From the NCBI GenBank assembly GCA_033763455.1, contig JANRKO010000007.1, forward strand, positions 1 through 64,000: DNA of 64,000 nucleotides, read 5' to 3'. Source of the DNA: Polyangiaceae bacterium (GTDB lineage Bacteria; Myxococcota_A; Polyangia; Polyangiales; Polyangiaceae). Below are positions 20,492 through 30,177 of the stretch, in pieces; within the stretch, counting starts at the first letter, position 1, and each line of letters starts with the position of its first letter. The notes below the pieces were generated by a model. That model saw nothing but the letters and a program-made list of their open reading frames with translations, did not search any database and was not told the origin of the DNA. A program made the position numbers and the translations under genes.

Positions 20492-22381
20492 CTACCTAGA
20501 GGTCGCGTGCTGGCGCACACTGAGCTCGATCTTGAAACGCTCATCGGAATTTAGTGGCTCTAGAGGAACAGCTTCTAGCAAGAGTGTGCCTACTGCTGTG
20601 ACGGATGCCGTCATGCTCACCGGCACGAGTGTCCCGGGGGCTCGCCCAAGGCTCGGGAACGTGATCTCAATGGGGCTCAACTCCAGGATCTCCTGGGCCG
20701 ACCAGCGCGTAAGCTCGGTCCCCAGTTGGTCACCACGCCGTACGCTTGAACCAAAAAACCTAAACGTTACCGGCTCCCCAACGACCACCGCGAGCTTTTG
20801 CTTGAGCACTTCGGGCGCCGCTCCCTCTTCAATACCGAAGGGTGCAGCACACACCAGCGTAACAGGCGGCTCCATGCCTGGTACCGCCGGCATCGGGCTC
20901 TCCATACCTACATAATACGCCTGAGCTGTTCCTCCGCGAATACGGAGGCCTCGCCCGTGTTTTACCAAAGCGTAGAAGGCCGCTCCACGTGCTACGGCCA
21001 AGTCTAAATCTGCGCCCTCTAACACGCGCGCTACCGGCTTTCCGAGTTGAGTGAGCCAACTGTTGAGCGTTTCTAGTAGGCGCGCTTGAAGCACAGGGCT
21101 CTTGAAGACACCGCCATTGAACAGCACGGCTGTGGGGCAGAGGAATGGCTGGGAGGCGTTATTCTGAGGCGCTACGCCGAGAGGCTCTTTGGTGTTACCC
21201 TGAGGTGCTTCAGCTGGAGAAGCTGCCCCGCTCTCGCCTTTGAGTGCTGAAGCTTGTCGCCTTAAGAAAGCCGCCAGATGTTTCGTGATGGCGGCATCTT
21301 GCGCATAGGGCAAACCTAGCTGGCTGAGGCCCATGCGAGCTCGTACGGTGGGTTGAGCATCCCACGAAACGCGGGGGAAAAAGCCGTCTACAATCTGCGC
21401 GGTCACTTCCTCGCGCAGCAACTCCGAACGCACGAGGCCCGCAAACAGACCAGAGCCACGCGATGGCAACGTGACAGAAACCTGAGGCGGCGCGTTGACC
21501 CCAAGCAAAGTTTCTTTGGCACTGCGGCAAGCGTGCATCAGCCCCTGAAGCTGCCACGGATCGAGCTCTTTGCCTTCGGCTGCCAACTTTTGGGAAACGC
21601 TCTGCGCAAGCGCCCAATCCATGTTGTCCCCGCCGAGCAAGATGTGATCCCCCACTGCGACACGCCGTAGCTCTAGCGCCCCGGCTACTTCTTCCACGGA
21701 GATGGCAGAAAAATCGGTGGTGCCACCGCCCACATCCACCACCAATACGACATCCCCCACTTTGAGTTGCTGATTAAAGGCGCTGCCCTGCTGCTGGATC
21801 CAGGCGTAAAGAGCCGCTTGGGGCTCTTCTAGCAACGTGAGATCTTCAATGCCTGCGGCATACGCTGCCTCTACGGTCAAGTCGCGAGCGGCCGCGTCGA
21901 ACGATGCGGGCACGGTTATTACCACTTCTTGCTCGGCCAGGCTCGCGCCTGGATGGCCCTGTGCCCATGACTCTGCCAAATGATCGAGCGTGCGAAAGGC
22001 GGCCTCGACGGGAGAAATCTTTTCGATCTCATCTGGGGCACCGAGTGGCAAAAGTTGGCTTCGGCGATCCACGCCGGTATGCGAAAGCCAGCTCTTGGCG
22101 CTGCTCACCACTCGCCCTGGCACTTCCGCCGCGCGCTCTCGCGCGAGATTTCCAACGGTGAAGCGCCGCTTTTTATCCCAAGGCAGCGAGAGATCTTCTT
22201 CGGCCGCGTGCGCAAAATAGATAAACGACGGCAAGAGCGGCTTTTTCTCAAGCGTGCCACCCTGGCCGAGCTGCACGATGGGCAGCACCACAGGCTGCGC
22301 TTCCGGCTCTCCGAGGGCAACCTCCGAGAGAGCCGAATGCGTGGTGCCGAGGTCGATTCCTAAGGCGTATTTTTGAGACAC
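20492..22381 (-). CDS. Atypical Hsp70-family protein
   Basis: GIDLGTTH, SSAKSWL, TVPASFD, EEPQAA, DVGGGTTD, LLGGDNMD; non-DnaK C-terminus. Confidence 0.92.
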   Translation of the reverse strand: MSQKYALGIDLGTTHSALSEVALGEPEAQPVVLPIVQLGQGGTLEKKPLLPSFIYFAHAAEEDLSLPWDKKRRFTVGNLARERAAEVPGRVVSSAKSWLSHTGVDRRSQLLPLGAPDEIEKISPVEAAFRTLDHLAESWAQGHPGASLAEQEVVITVPASFDAAARDLTVEAAYAAGIEDLTLLEEPQAALYAWIQQQGSAFNQQLKVGDVVLVVDVGGGTTDFSAISVEEVAGALELRRVAVGDHILLGGDNMDWALAQSVSQKLAAEGKELDPWQLQGLMHACRSAKETLLGVNAPPQVSVTLPSRGSGLFAGLVRSELLREEVTAQIVDGFFPRVSWDAQPTVRARMGLSQLGLPYAQDAAITKHLAAFLRRQASALKGESGAASPAEAPQGNTKEPLGVAPQNNASQPFLCPTAVLFNGGVFKSPVLQARLLETLNSWLTQLGKPVARVLEGADLDLAVARGAAFYALVKHGRGLRIRGGTAQAYYVGMESPMPAVPGMEPPVTLVCAAPFGIEEGAAPEVLKQKLAVVVGEPVTFRFFGSSVRRGDQLGTELTRWSAQEILELSPIEITFPSLGRAPGTLVPVSMTASVTAVGTLLLEAVPLEPLNSDERFKIELSVRQHATSR

Positions 22382-22439
22382 GAGGGTTTTCTTTTCAATC
22401 GGCGAAGGGTGTCAGCGAGGTCCTGACGGATCGGCGTGA

Positions 22440-22745
22440 CCGGCGTGAGCGAACGAGGGATGCTTAGCATGCGAAGTACTCGATGCCCGCGTGAACGCTG
22501 CCTCGCCCCACCGCAGGAGTAGGCAGCGTCGGCGGACGGAGAGGTGCTTAGCATGCGAAGCATGCGAAGCCGGCGTGAATCCTACCTCGCCCCGCCGCAG
22601 GCGTAGGCAGCGTCGGCGGACGGAGAGGTGCTTAGCATGCGAAGTACTTGATGGTGGCGTACAACCGGCGTCAGCGAACGGAAGAGATGCTTAGCATGCG
22701 AAGTACTCGATGCCCGCGTGAACGCTGCCTCGCCCCGCCGCAAGG
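22440..22745. repeat. Intergenic array of about 84-bp units with a near-palindromic core TGCTTAGCATGCGAAG (4 copies)
   Basis: Core starts at 22461, 22545, 22629 and 22688. Confidence 0.9.
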
Positions 22746-22816
22746 GCGCCACTTACGTACCCCTTCCGTTTGGGACCTGTTTAGCAGACGGAACATAGAG
22801 AAATTCCCGAGAGCAA

Positions 22817-22942
22817 CAAGCGTTACCGGGCGTATTGGTTATCCACCAAGCGTTAGAGCAAGCGTTACCGGGCGTATTGGTTATCCACCAAGCGTTAGAG
22901 CTTGCGTTACCGGGTGTATTGGTTATCCACCAAGCGTTGAAG
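22817..22942. repeat. Three 42-bp tandem units; the third is the 3' end of the aldehyde dehydrogenase gene
   Basis: caagcgttaccgggcgtattggttatccaccaagcgttagag at 22817 and 22859; variant at 22901. Confidence 0.93.
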
Positions 22943-24484
22943 CTTGCGTGGGTTCTTGTCTTGAAGCTCCACTGGCAACGCCGCTTCCGGAAAGCCCTGG
23001 AAGCAGACGGGGCGTGCGAAGCGAAGGATGCTAGCGGTACCGATGGAAGTGAAGTGGCCGTCGCTTGTGGCGGGGTAGGGCCCACCGTGGTGCATGGCCG
23101 CGCACACTTCAATGCCTGTTGGAAAACCATTAAACACGATGCGCCCCACTTTGCGTTGGAGCTTTCTTACGAGCCACTGGTGCTCCAGAAGATCGTTTTC
23201 GGTGCCATGGATGGTAGCAGTCAGGTGGCCTTCGAGCCCGTTTACAATGCGCTCCAGTTGCGCGCGGTCTTTGCAGGCTACCACCACAGAGGTGGGGCCA
23301 AAGACCTCTTCAGAAAGCTCAGGGTGCTTTTCGAACGTATCCCCATCCGTGCTGAAGATGACGCAGGGCGCTTCGGTCTTCTTGGCGTCCGCAGGCGTTG
23401 CGCTGCGGCCGAGCTCGCGGGCAACGCTCGCGTTGCGTTTTACGCCTTGATCGAATGCCGAAGCGATGCCGGCGTGTAGCATAGTGGAAGGCGGGGCGGC
23501 GCTGGCGCTTGTCTGTGTGGCCTGTCGAAAGCTCTCAAGCTCTGCGCCTTCGACGCCCAGTACGAGCCCGGGATTGGTGCAAAATTGCCCGACACCCATG
23601 GTTACGGAGCCGATGTAGCCCGAAGCGATTGCCGCGGCGCGTTCTTTCAAGGCTCCCGGCAGTAAAAATACGGGATTCGTGCTGCCCATTTCGGCATACA
23701 CGGGAATGGGCTTGGGGCGGCGTGCTGCGAGATCGAATAGCGCCTTTCCAGCTTTGAGAGAACCTGTGAAGGCAATGGCCTCAATCAACGGATGCTGAGT
23801 GAGCTTTTGACCCAGCTCATGCGAAGCGCCCTGCAGCATCGAGAAAATGCCGGCGGGCAAGCCGCTCTTTTGCACCGCTCGTGTGATGGCGCCCGCTACG
23901 AGCTCACTGGTTCCGGGATGTGCTGGGTGGCCCTTCACAATCACCGGGCAGCGCGCGCCGAGTGCGGAAACGGTGTCCGTGCCAGCAACCGAAATGGCGA
24001 GCGGGAAGTTGCTGGCCCCAAAGACTCCGATCGGGCCAATGGGTGCCAAGAAGCGGCGTACATCCGGCTTGGGGAGCGGCTCGCGCTTGGGATCGGCGTG
24101 ATCGATACGCGCATCCACCCAAGAACCTTCACGCACTACCGAGGCAAACAGCTTTGCCTGGTTCACCGTGCGCCCGCGTTCGCCCGTGAGGCGCGCCATG
24201 GGCAGGCCCGTTTCCTGGTGGGCGCGCTCTAAAAGGGCATCGCCAAGGCCCAGGATTTCCTCTGCAATACTTTCCAACAGAGCAGCCACCTGCTCGGCGG
24301 GAGCTGCGGCAAAGGCTTCAAAGGCAGCATCCGCCGCTTCAACGGCTTGATTAAGCTCCGCTTCGGTGGCCTCAACAAAGTCGGGCGCAAGCTTCTCCGA
24401 GGTTGTGGGGTTAGTGGCTGAGAAAGTGGTGTTGCCAGCCTTGGAGCGGCGGCCTGCAATGAAGTGTTCTGAGGTCAAAGTCAT
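22907..24484 (-). CDS. NADP-dependent aldehyde dehydrogenase, 2,5-dioxopentanoate (KGSA) dehydrogenase type
   Basis: FGASNFPLA, KGHPAHP, FTGS, YAEMGS, GQFCTNPG, EEVFGP, HGGPYPAT. Confidence 0.9.
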   Translation of the reverse strand: MTLTSEHFIAGRRSKAGNTTFSATNPTTSEKLAPDFVEATEAELNQAVEAADAAFEAFAAAPAEQVAALLESIAEEILGLGDALLERAHQETGLPMARLTGERGRTVNQAKLFASVVREGSWVDARIDHADPKREPLPKPDVRRFLAPIGPIGVFGASNFPLAISVAGTDTVSALGARCPVIVKGHPAHPGTSELVAGAITRAVQKSGLPAGIFSMLQGASHELGQKLTQHPLIEAIAFTGSLKAGKALFDLAARRPKPIPVYAEMGSTNPVFLLPGALKERAAAIASGYIGSVTMGVGQFCTNPGLVLGVEGAELESFRQATQTSASAAPPSTMLHAGIASAFDQGVKRNASVARELGRSATPADAKKTEAPCVIFSTDGDTFEKHPELSEEVFGPTSVVVACKDRAQLERIVNGLEGHLTATIHGTENDLLEHQWLVRKLQRKVGRIVFNGFPTGIEVCAAMHHGGPYPATSDGHFTSIGTASILRFARPVCFQGFPEAALPVELQDKNPRKLQRLVDNQYTR

Positions 24485-24514
24485 GATGGATTCTTTCGCA
24501 CGGGGAGGTGGTAA

Positions 24515-24604
24515 CAATCAGGCGATGGTGTTGCGAAGCTCGCAATCAAGTGATGGTGTCGCGAAGGGTAAGCTCGCAATCAAGCGATGGTGTTGCGAAG
24601 GGTA
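24515..24604. repeat. Three imperfect 28-34 bp tandem units; the third is the 3' end of the FAH-family gene
   Basis: caatca(g/a)(g)(c/t)gatggtgt(t/c)gcgaag-type units at 24515, 24543 and 24577. Confidence 0.88.
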
Positions 24605-25413
24605 CCGATGGGTTCAATGGTGATCTCCACGCGGTCTCCAGATTTTAGGGTGAAATCGCTCGAAGGCACGATGCCCGTGCCCGTCATGAGAAAGCAGCCT
24701 TGCGCAAATACGTTGTCGCGGAACAAGTAGCTCACTAGGCTTGGGATGGGCTTCTTCAGTTGGCTGAGCTCGGTCTTATCTTCGGTTACGGCTCGCCCGT
24801 CGCGGTAGATCATGAGCTTGATCTCAGTGCTGGGCGGCAATAGCTCGCTTTGAAGCAAGATGCCGGGGCCCATCGCCGCGCAGCCAGAAAATACTTTTGC
24901 TTGCGGCAGATAGAGGGGGTTCTCTCCTTCAATGTCGCGGCAGCTGAGATCATTGCCCACCGTAAAACCGATGATCTCGGCGCGGTTGTTAATAGCGAGC
25001 GTGAGCTCAGGCTCCGGCACCATCCACTTCGAATCAGAACGCAGCTGCAGCTTCCCCTCGGGAGCCACTACACGGCTTGGAGTTGCCTTGAAGAACAGCT
25101 CAGGGCGTTCGGCCTTGTAAACGCGGTCGTAGAAATCCGCTCCGCCAGAGTCCTGTGACTCCTCCATGCGTGCCGAGCGGCTGCGAAAATACGTAACGCC
25201 TGCGGCCCAAACCTCCTGGCTCCCGATCAATTGAGTGAGTACTACGCTCTCGGACAGCGGCGTTCCAGCAACTGCTTTTTTTGCAATGTTCATCAAATCA
25301 GAGTGATTGAACAGCGCATCAAATGACAAATCAGGAGCCGCAAAATAGGCGCCATTGTTCTGGAAGACGGGGCCGCGTGTGGAATTGCAGAGTAACATCG
25401 GTAGGTTCTCCAA
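24580..25413 (-). CDS. Fumarylacetoacetate-hydrolase family protein, 2-keto-3-deoxy-pentonate dehydratase (KdaD/XylX-like)
   Basis: [51 protein letters not shown]. Confidence 0.85.
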   Translation of the reverse strand: MENLPMLLCNSTRGPVFQNNGAYFAAPDLSFDALFNHSDLMNIAKKAVAGTPLSESVVLTQLIGSQEVWAAGVTYFRSRSARMEESQDSGGADFYDRVYKAERPELFFKATPSRVVAPEGKLQLRSDSKWMVPEPELTLAINNRAEIIGFTVGNDLSCRDIEGENPLYLPQAKVFSGCAAMGPGILLQSELLPPSTEIKLMIYRDGRAVTEDKTELSQLKKPIPSLVSYLFRDNVFAQGCFLMTGTGIVPSSDFTLKSGDRVEITIEPIGTLRNTIA

Positions 25414-25674
25414 AGTGGGAGCGAAAGGGGCGGCTGTTTTACGACCAAAGGCCCTGGGAAGCTACCGTTCCCGCCTGGGCCCCCGTGGACGGCAGGAGAA
25501 GTGCGTGATCGGCGTGAATAGGCCTGCCTAAGAGCTCAATCGGTGCGGGTTGCGAGAGGTCAGAGTCGCACGGCGTGGTGTCGCTTGGCTCAGAGGCGAG
25601 GCCGGCGCTAGGCTTGGCTGAATGCCGGGCTAGAGCGGCGGTGGTGGGCACAGCAGCGCTTGGCTTCGGTGAAC

Positions 25675-26679
25675 TCAGGGTGAGCCAGTGGGCCCTTGGC
25701 GTCTAAATGGCTCATCCAAGCGAAGCAATTGTAGGTTCACGAGTGCCACGCGTTCTGCGGGCTTGGATGCTTCGATAATGCGGCGCAGCTCGTGATAGTA
25801 GGCAATGTGGAGTTCGCGTAGCCGCTCCCAATCAGCCTCGGATACAGTAAAAAGGTTGTACGAAAATAGATCGTGCTTGTTGGATTCGAGCTCCGGCAAA
25901 CGGCTATTGCCAACGCTCGCCCAGTGCGCTTTCAGCTGCCTACCCGCACCAGGATCACGCCGCGTGTCGATGGTCGAAATATCGAGCGCCACCCAGAGCC
26001 CCGCCTTCTTTCGAATCAACTTAGAAGCCGAGAGTGCGCGCAGGCAGCGCTCTTCCTCGGAAAGGCTGATTCCGAGGCGCTCAGCGATAAAGCTCGGTTG
26101 ATGGCGCAGAAGCTTCTTGTAGCTCGTGAGTTCCAATACGCGAAGAACAGCGTGGCTCCATGGCAGCCCATACGCAACCTCACGTTGCGCTTCAAGGATG
26201 GACCAAGCGCGCTCAGCTTCTGGCAAGCGCTTTACATCCACCAGCAGGGCCAAAAAATCCAACACGCGCAGAGAAGCTGCGTCGATGAATCTCAGAAAGT
26301 CAGGAAGGCGTGGTTCAGCCTGCCCAAGTATCCAGCGCCCGACGCTCACTCGCCCTCTCCCCATCCCGCGCGCAAGCTCGACGATACTGCGCCCCTGTTG
26401 CAAGTGCTTCAAGAATAACGCAATGGTCATCGGATCGCTGAAGGCTTTGCCGGTGAGCGCCTCGGGCAAGGTTCCCACGAACTCGCGCACCACTTCCGTG
26501 GGGTTCACGTCCAAGCGTTCCAGAAGTTCGAAGAACACCGCCGCCGTCGGAAACCTGCGACCGGATTCCCAGGTGTAGACCACGTTGCAACCGTAATGAA
26601 GGCGTCGACTGAGGGCGACCTGGGAGCGCCGGCCCCGCAGAGCGCGGATGAGCTCACTGGCTAGGGTTTCGTAGTTCAA
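25675..26679 (-). CDS. Regulator with two XRE-type HTHs and a DUF4423-like C-terminal domain
   Basis: LRGRRSQVALSRRL...WESGRRFP; second HTH ending WILGQAEPRL; C-terminal FSYNLFTVS...LVNLQL. Confidence 0.75.
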   Translation of the reverse strand: MNYETLASELIRALRGRRSQVALSRRLHYGCNVVYTWESGRRFPTAAVFFELLERLDVNPTEVVREFVGTLPEALTGKAFSDPMTIALFLKHLQQGRSIVELARGMGRGRVSVGRWILGQAEPRLPDFLRFIDAASLRVLDFLALLVDVKRLPEAERAWSILEAQREVAYGLPWSHAVLRVLELTSYKKLLRHQPSFIAERLGISLSEEERCLRALSASKLIRKKAGLWVALDISTIDTRRDPGAGRQLKAHWASVGNSRLPELESNKHDLFSYNLFTVSEADWERLRELHIAYYHELRRIIEASKPAERVALVNLQLLRLDEPFRRQGPTGSP

Positions 26680-26773
26680 ATCTAACGGAAGAGTACTTCC
26701 AAGACCTCTTCTGCACCAGCATATGTTCTAAACTGTACTGGTAGCGGGCGCCGGGAAGCTGCATGATGGGAGC

Positions 26774-27637
26774 ATGTGGAAGGCGCTCCGGACAGCAATT
26801 GCCCTTGTGCTGGTGGGCTGTGTGGGCGCTTGCTCTTCGCAGGTTGACGCAGGCCGCTCCGGCCGAGATCCGTATGGAGGTCAGACGGGTTCACTCGTTC
26901 CCGAATGTGGCGTTGCGCCCTTGTCGCAGAAGGCAAGCTCCAAGGTTCCGGCCGGCGACGGAGCGTTCGTCCTTTATTCCTCGTCATGCCGAGCGAGTCA
27001 GCCTCCGGCGTTCGAGCTGCGCGACGCAACGGGCGCGCTGGTGACTCATCACGTGGAACCGCTGGATGACGGCGTGTATCTGGTGCGCACGGACGTGGCA
27101 CTTTTGCCCGGAAGCTACAGCGCAACGCCTGTCCCCCAAAGCAGCTCGGCGCCTGTAGCTGGGGCGGCCACCATTACCGTTGGGGCTCCTTCGCCACTGC
27201 CGACCCAGCTTGGGACTCTGAAGGTTATATCAGAGAAGGATACCTGCGGCGGTATTGAGCTGGAGCTCACGCTCGACGAAGCTGCGTTAGCGTACGCTCC
27301 TCTCCTTCGGCTCCTTGTGAGTATCGATGCGGGAGCTCCCAAGGTGTGGGTGGACTACGGAACGCTCCCCGTTCAAAACGGGAAAGCTTGGCTCCGGCTG
27401 CCTCGCTGTTTTGATGGCTGCCGCAGCAACGGCGCGCATCAGCTCAGCGTCGTAGGCACAATTGCTGGAGAGATGGCTCCGCTGCCCCCCGTGAAGGTGG
27501 ATTTCACGGACGCTTGCTGGCCCGAGGAAAGTGCTTGCGCTTTCCAGATGCCCGCTCCAACTCTCCCCAAAGCACTGCTCTTGCCTTTAGCTCTTTCCGT
27601 GTTGCTCGCGTTCGCTCGTCGGCGCCGCACGCGTTAA
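26774..27637 (+). CDS. Secreted or lipoprotein with a MYXO-CTERM-like sorting tail
   Basis: VGAC lipobox; C-terminal ACA...hydrophobic stretch...RRRRTR. Confidence 0.65.
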   Translation: MWKALRTAIALVLVGCVGACSSQVDAGRSGRDPYGGQTGSLVPECGVAPLSQKASSKVPAGDGAFVLYSSSCRASQPPAFELRDATGALVTHHVEPLDDGVYLVRTDVALLPGSYSATPVPQSSSAPVAGAATITVGAPSPLPTQLGTLKVISEKDTCGGIELELTLDEAALAYAPLLRLLVSIDAGAPKVWVDYGTLPVQNGKAWLRLPRCFDGCRSNGAHQLSVVGTIAGEMAPLPPVKVDFTDACWPEESACAFQMPAPTLPKALLLPLALSVLLAFARRRRTR

Positions 27638-27707
27638 CTCTCGTTCATCTCTTAACATCAAAAGGCCTGCAAGCTGCACTCGTGCAGCTTGCAGGGAGGA
27701 TAGTGTC

Positions 27708-29375
27708 ATGTCTCAAGCTCATCAACGATTAACAGTATTTGCTCGGACCTTCGGTCTGTGGGTGCAAGTGTGGCTCATGAGCGTTGCCACGCTGCTATTT
27801 TCGGCGTGTTCTTCAAGCGTCGATAGCGCTTCGGGGGCTGGTTATTCGGCACCCTTTCCTGGCTCCACCTCGCCCGTTTCCAATCCAAGCAGCGAGAACG
27901 GCAGTGTGCTCGTTCCCGGCGGCACCAATATCAATCTTGGCGGCTCACAAGACTTTGGATTCTTCCGAGGGCAACTGAACTCCGGAATAGTTCCTACGTC
28001 AGAGGCTCTGGATGCAGCAGGATTCTTTGCCGAGCATCACCACGAACTGCCGCCGCCTAGCTGTGGAAACCGGATCTGCCTGCAACCCATGCTGGCCGTG
28101 ATGGGCAACCTATCCGATGGCGCCAACTGCACCATGTTGCATCTGGGGCTCAATTCCCCGATTGTGGCCGACCCCGCGCACCGGCCGCCACTCTCTTTGG
28201 CAGTTGTGGTCGATGTTTCCGGATCGATGAGTGGAGCGAAGCTCGAATACGTCAAACAAGGGCTTTCCGTGCTGATCGACAAGATGCGCGATGGAGATCG
28301 CTTGGCGCTCATTACCTACAGTGATTCTGCAACCACCATCGCACCGATGGCACCCGTTGAACTTCAACGCGTAACCCTTCGCGAACAGATTGCCAAGCTC
28401 TACGCGACGGGCGGCACTAACATCGCTTTGGGCCTGGAAACTGGCTATCACGCGGTTCTTCAGAACTTGGATGGGGCTCGGCAAAATCGAGTCATCCTGT
28501 TGAGCGATGGTGTTCCCACGGTGGGCGTGACGGACACGCCGAGCATTATTCAGATGAGCCGGGGGTATAACGGCGAAGGGATCGGCATCACCACGATTGG
28601 GCTCGGTGCCGATTTTAATGTCGACCTCATGCGAAACCTGGCGCTTCAAGCAGATGGGAACTTCTACTTTTTGGAGAACACCGGTGCCGTGAAGGAAGTA
28701 TTCGAAGAGGAAGTGGATTTCTTTTCCGTGCCCGTGGCTTTCGATCTTTCGCTGCGTCTCAAGACCGGAGCATCTTACAAATTCGGGCGTGCTGTTGGTT
28801 CGCCGTTCTTTAAGACCACGCCCGAAGGAGGTAGCCTAGATGTGCCTAGCGTATTCGTAGCTCACCGTACCTCGCACGCTGACGTTACGAACGAGAATGG
28901 CCGTCGTGGTGGGGGTTCAGCGCTGCTGGTGGAGCTTTTGCCTAGCATCGAAGGGCCCGCAACTTCCGAAGTAGAGGTGGCCCAGGTGGAGATCTCTTTT
29001 CGTGAACCCGGAACCAATCGTGTCGTCACCGACGTAGTCAGTATCAAATACCCGTATTCGCCGACTTACCTTGCTTCTACAGGGTATTTTCAGGCGCAGA
29101 ATACCCCCGCAATTCAGAAGAGCTTCGTGATGCTCAATATTCTCGCAGGCATGGAGCGTGCGATATTAGCCTTTCATTCCGGCAGAGCTAACGAAAATAC
29201 AATCCGTGAGCTCGACCAATTGATGGCAGCGGTGGTTGATTACAATGAAGAAGTCGCGGACGTTGACATCCAGCTTGATTACGAGCTCCTAGTGCAACTT
29301 CGCGCCAACTTGCTGCGAGCTGGCGTGCGTGCTCCGGCACCGAGCCCATTCCCCAACGCGTGGCCCGCAGATTAA
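27708..29375 (+). CDS. von Willebrand factor A domain lipoprotein
   Basis: MIDAS DVSGSM; GGTN; LLSDG; TIGLG; LFSAC lipobox. Confidence 0.88.
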   Translation: MSQAHQRLTVFARTFGLWVQVWLMSVATLLFSACSSSVDSASGAGYSAPFPGSTSPVSNPSSENGSVLVPGGTNINLGGSQDFGFFRGQLNSGIVPTSEALDAAGFFAEHHHELPPPSCGNRICLQPMLAVMGNLSDGANCTMLHLGLNSPIVADPAHRPPLSLAVVVDVSGSMSGAKLEYVKQGLSVLIDKMRDGDRLALITYSDSATTIAPMAPVELQRVTLREQIAKLYATGGTNIALGLETGYHAVLQNLDGARQNRVILLSDGVPTVGVTDTPSIIQMSRGYNGEGIGITTIGLGADFNVDLMRNLALQADGNFYFLENTGAVKEVFEEEVDFFSVPVAFDLSLRLKTGASYKFGRAVGSPFFKTTPEGGSLDVPSVFVAHRTSHADVTNENGRRGGGSALLVELLPSIEGPATSEVEVAQVEISFREPGTNRVVTDVVSIKYPYSPTYLASTGYFQAQNTPAIQKSFVMLNILAGMERAILAFHSGRANENTIRELDQLMAAVVDYNEEVADVDIQLDYELLVQLRANLLRAGVRAPAPSPFPNAWPAD

Positions 29376-29406
29376 TATCCCCACGCTCTCGCAAAGGCGA
29401 ATACTT

Positions 29407-30114
29407 ATGAAACACTACTTATCGGGTCTCGTTATTGTTCTATTCACTGGCACAGCGCCCACCGCGTTCGCACAACCCAGCCCTGGCCACGCACAGCCCA
29501 CCGCGTTCGCACAACCCACCGCCGGCCTTACACAACCCTTAGAGGCACCACCGCCGAGAGTCCCGAGTGGCTTCTTTCTGCGGCTGTCGCTCGGGCCAAC
29601 CTACGGTAGCGCTAACGATCACGTGTCGGTTGTCGGAACTGAAAGGAGTCTTGATCTGAAGATAACCGGCACAGGTGCGAAATTCGGAGTGCACCTCGGC
29701 GGCACACCGTTACCGGGTTTGGTGATGGGCGGAGCGCTGGTGGGGAACACTCTGGTCGATCCGGATGTGGAATTTGAAGGTCAGTCCATGCAAGCTACCA
29801 ACACGGTATTGGATCTTACCAGCTTGGATGCCTTCGTGATCTACTATCCGCGCCCGGGTGGGCCCTTTCACTTACAAGGTTCAGTTGGCTTCGGTACTGC
29901 GACAGCCGAGGTCGATGGCACACGCAACGATGCGTCGGCGGACGGAGTGGTCCTTGGCGCCGGCCTCGGAGGGGATTGGCCAATTAGCACCTTTTGGCGC
30001 GCCGGAGTTTTCGGCGGAGCTCGCTATGCACAGCTCTCAAACAACGAAAGTGGCGTCGATGAGCGCCTCACCATTTGGTATCCGTCCGTGGAGGTTACGT
30101 TTACGTACCACTGA
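29407..30114 (+). CDS. Putative outer-membrane beta-barrel protein
   Basis: Signal peptide; GFFLRLSLG; alternating amphipathic strands; terminal VTFTYH. Confidence 0.65.
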   Translation: MKHYLSGLVIVLFTGTAPTAFAQPSPGHAQPTAFAQPTAGLTQPLEAPPPRVPSGFFLRLSLGPTYGSANDHVSVVGTERSLDLKITGTGAKFGVHLGGTPLPGLVMGGALVGNTLVDPDVEFEGQSMQATNTVLDLTSLDAFVIYYPRPGGPFHLQGSVGFGTATAEVDGTRNDASADGVVLGAGLGGDWPISTFWRAGVFGGARYAQLSNNESGVDERLTIWYPSVEVTFTYH

Positions 30115-30177
30115 AAGGTGTGAGGCGTTGCAGTTGGTTGTGCTCGGTGTTTGCTGGCCTGCCCGAACAGAGCGAAT

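Noticed and set aside
16977..22381. dnaK, hscA or hscC assignment
   Set aside because: No DnaK-type substrate-binding domain signature and no dnaJ, grpE or hscB neighbours
22461..22490. CIRCE (HrcA) heat-shock operator upstream of Hsp70
   Set aside because: Shares only TTAGCA; lacks TTAGCACTC-N9-GAGTGCTAA
22440..22745. CRISPR array
   Set aside because: Variable segments are related to each other (first and last identical), the constant part is about 60 bp, spacing is irregular, and there are no cas genes in the window
22360..23479. ORFs over the repeat arrays (22491..22694, 22648..23034, 22753..23130, 22835..23479)
   Set aside because: Arg/Cys-rich translations of repeats or antisense shadows of the dehydrogenase; no protein-like features
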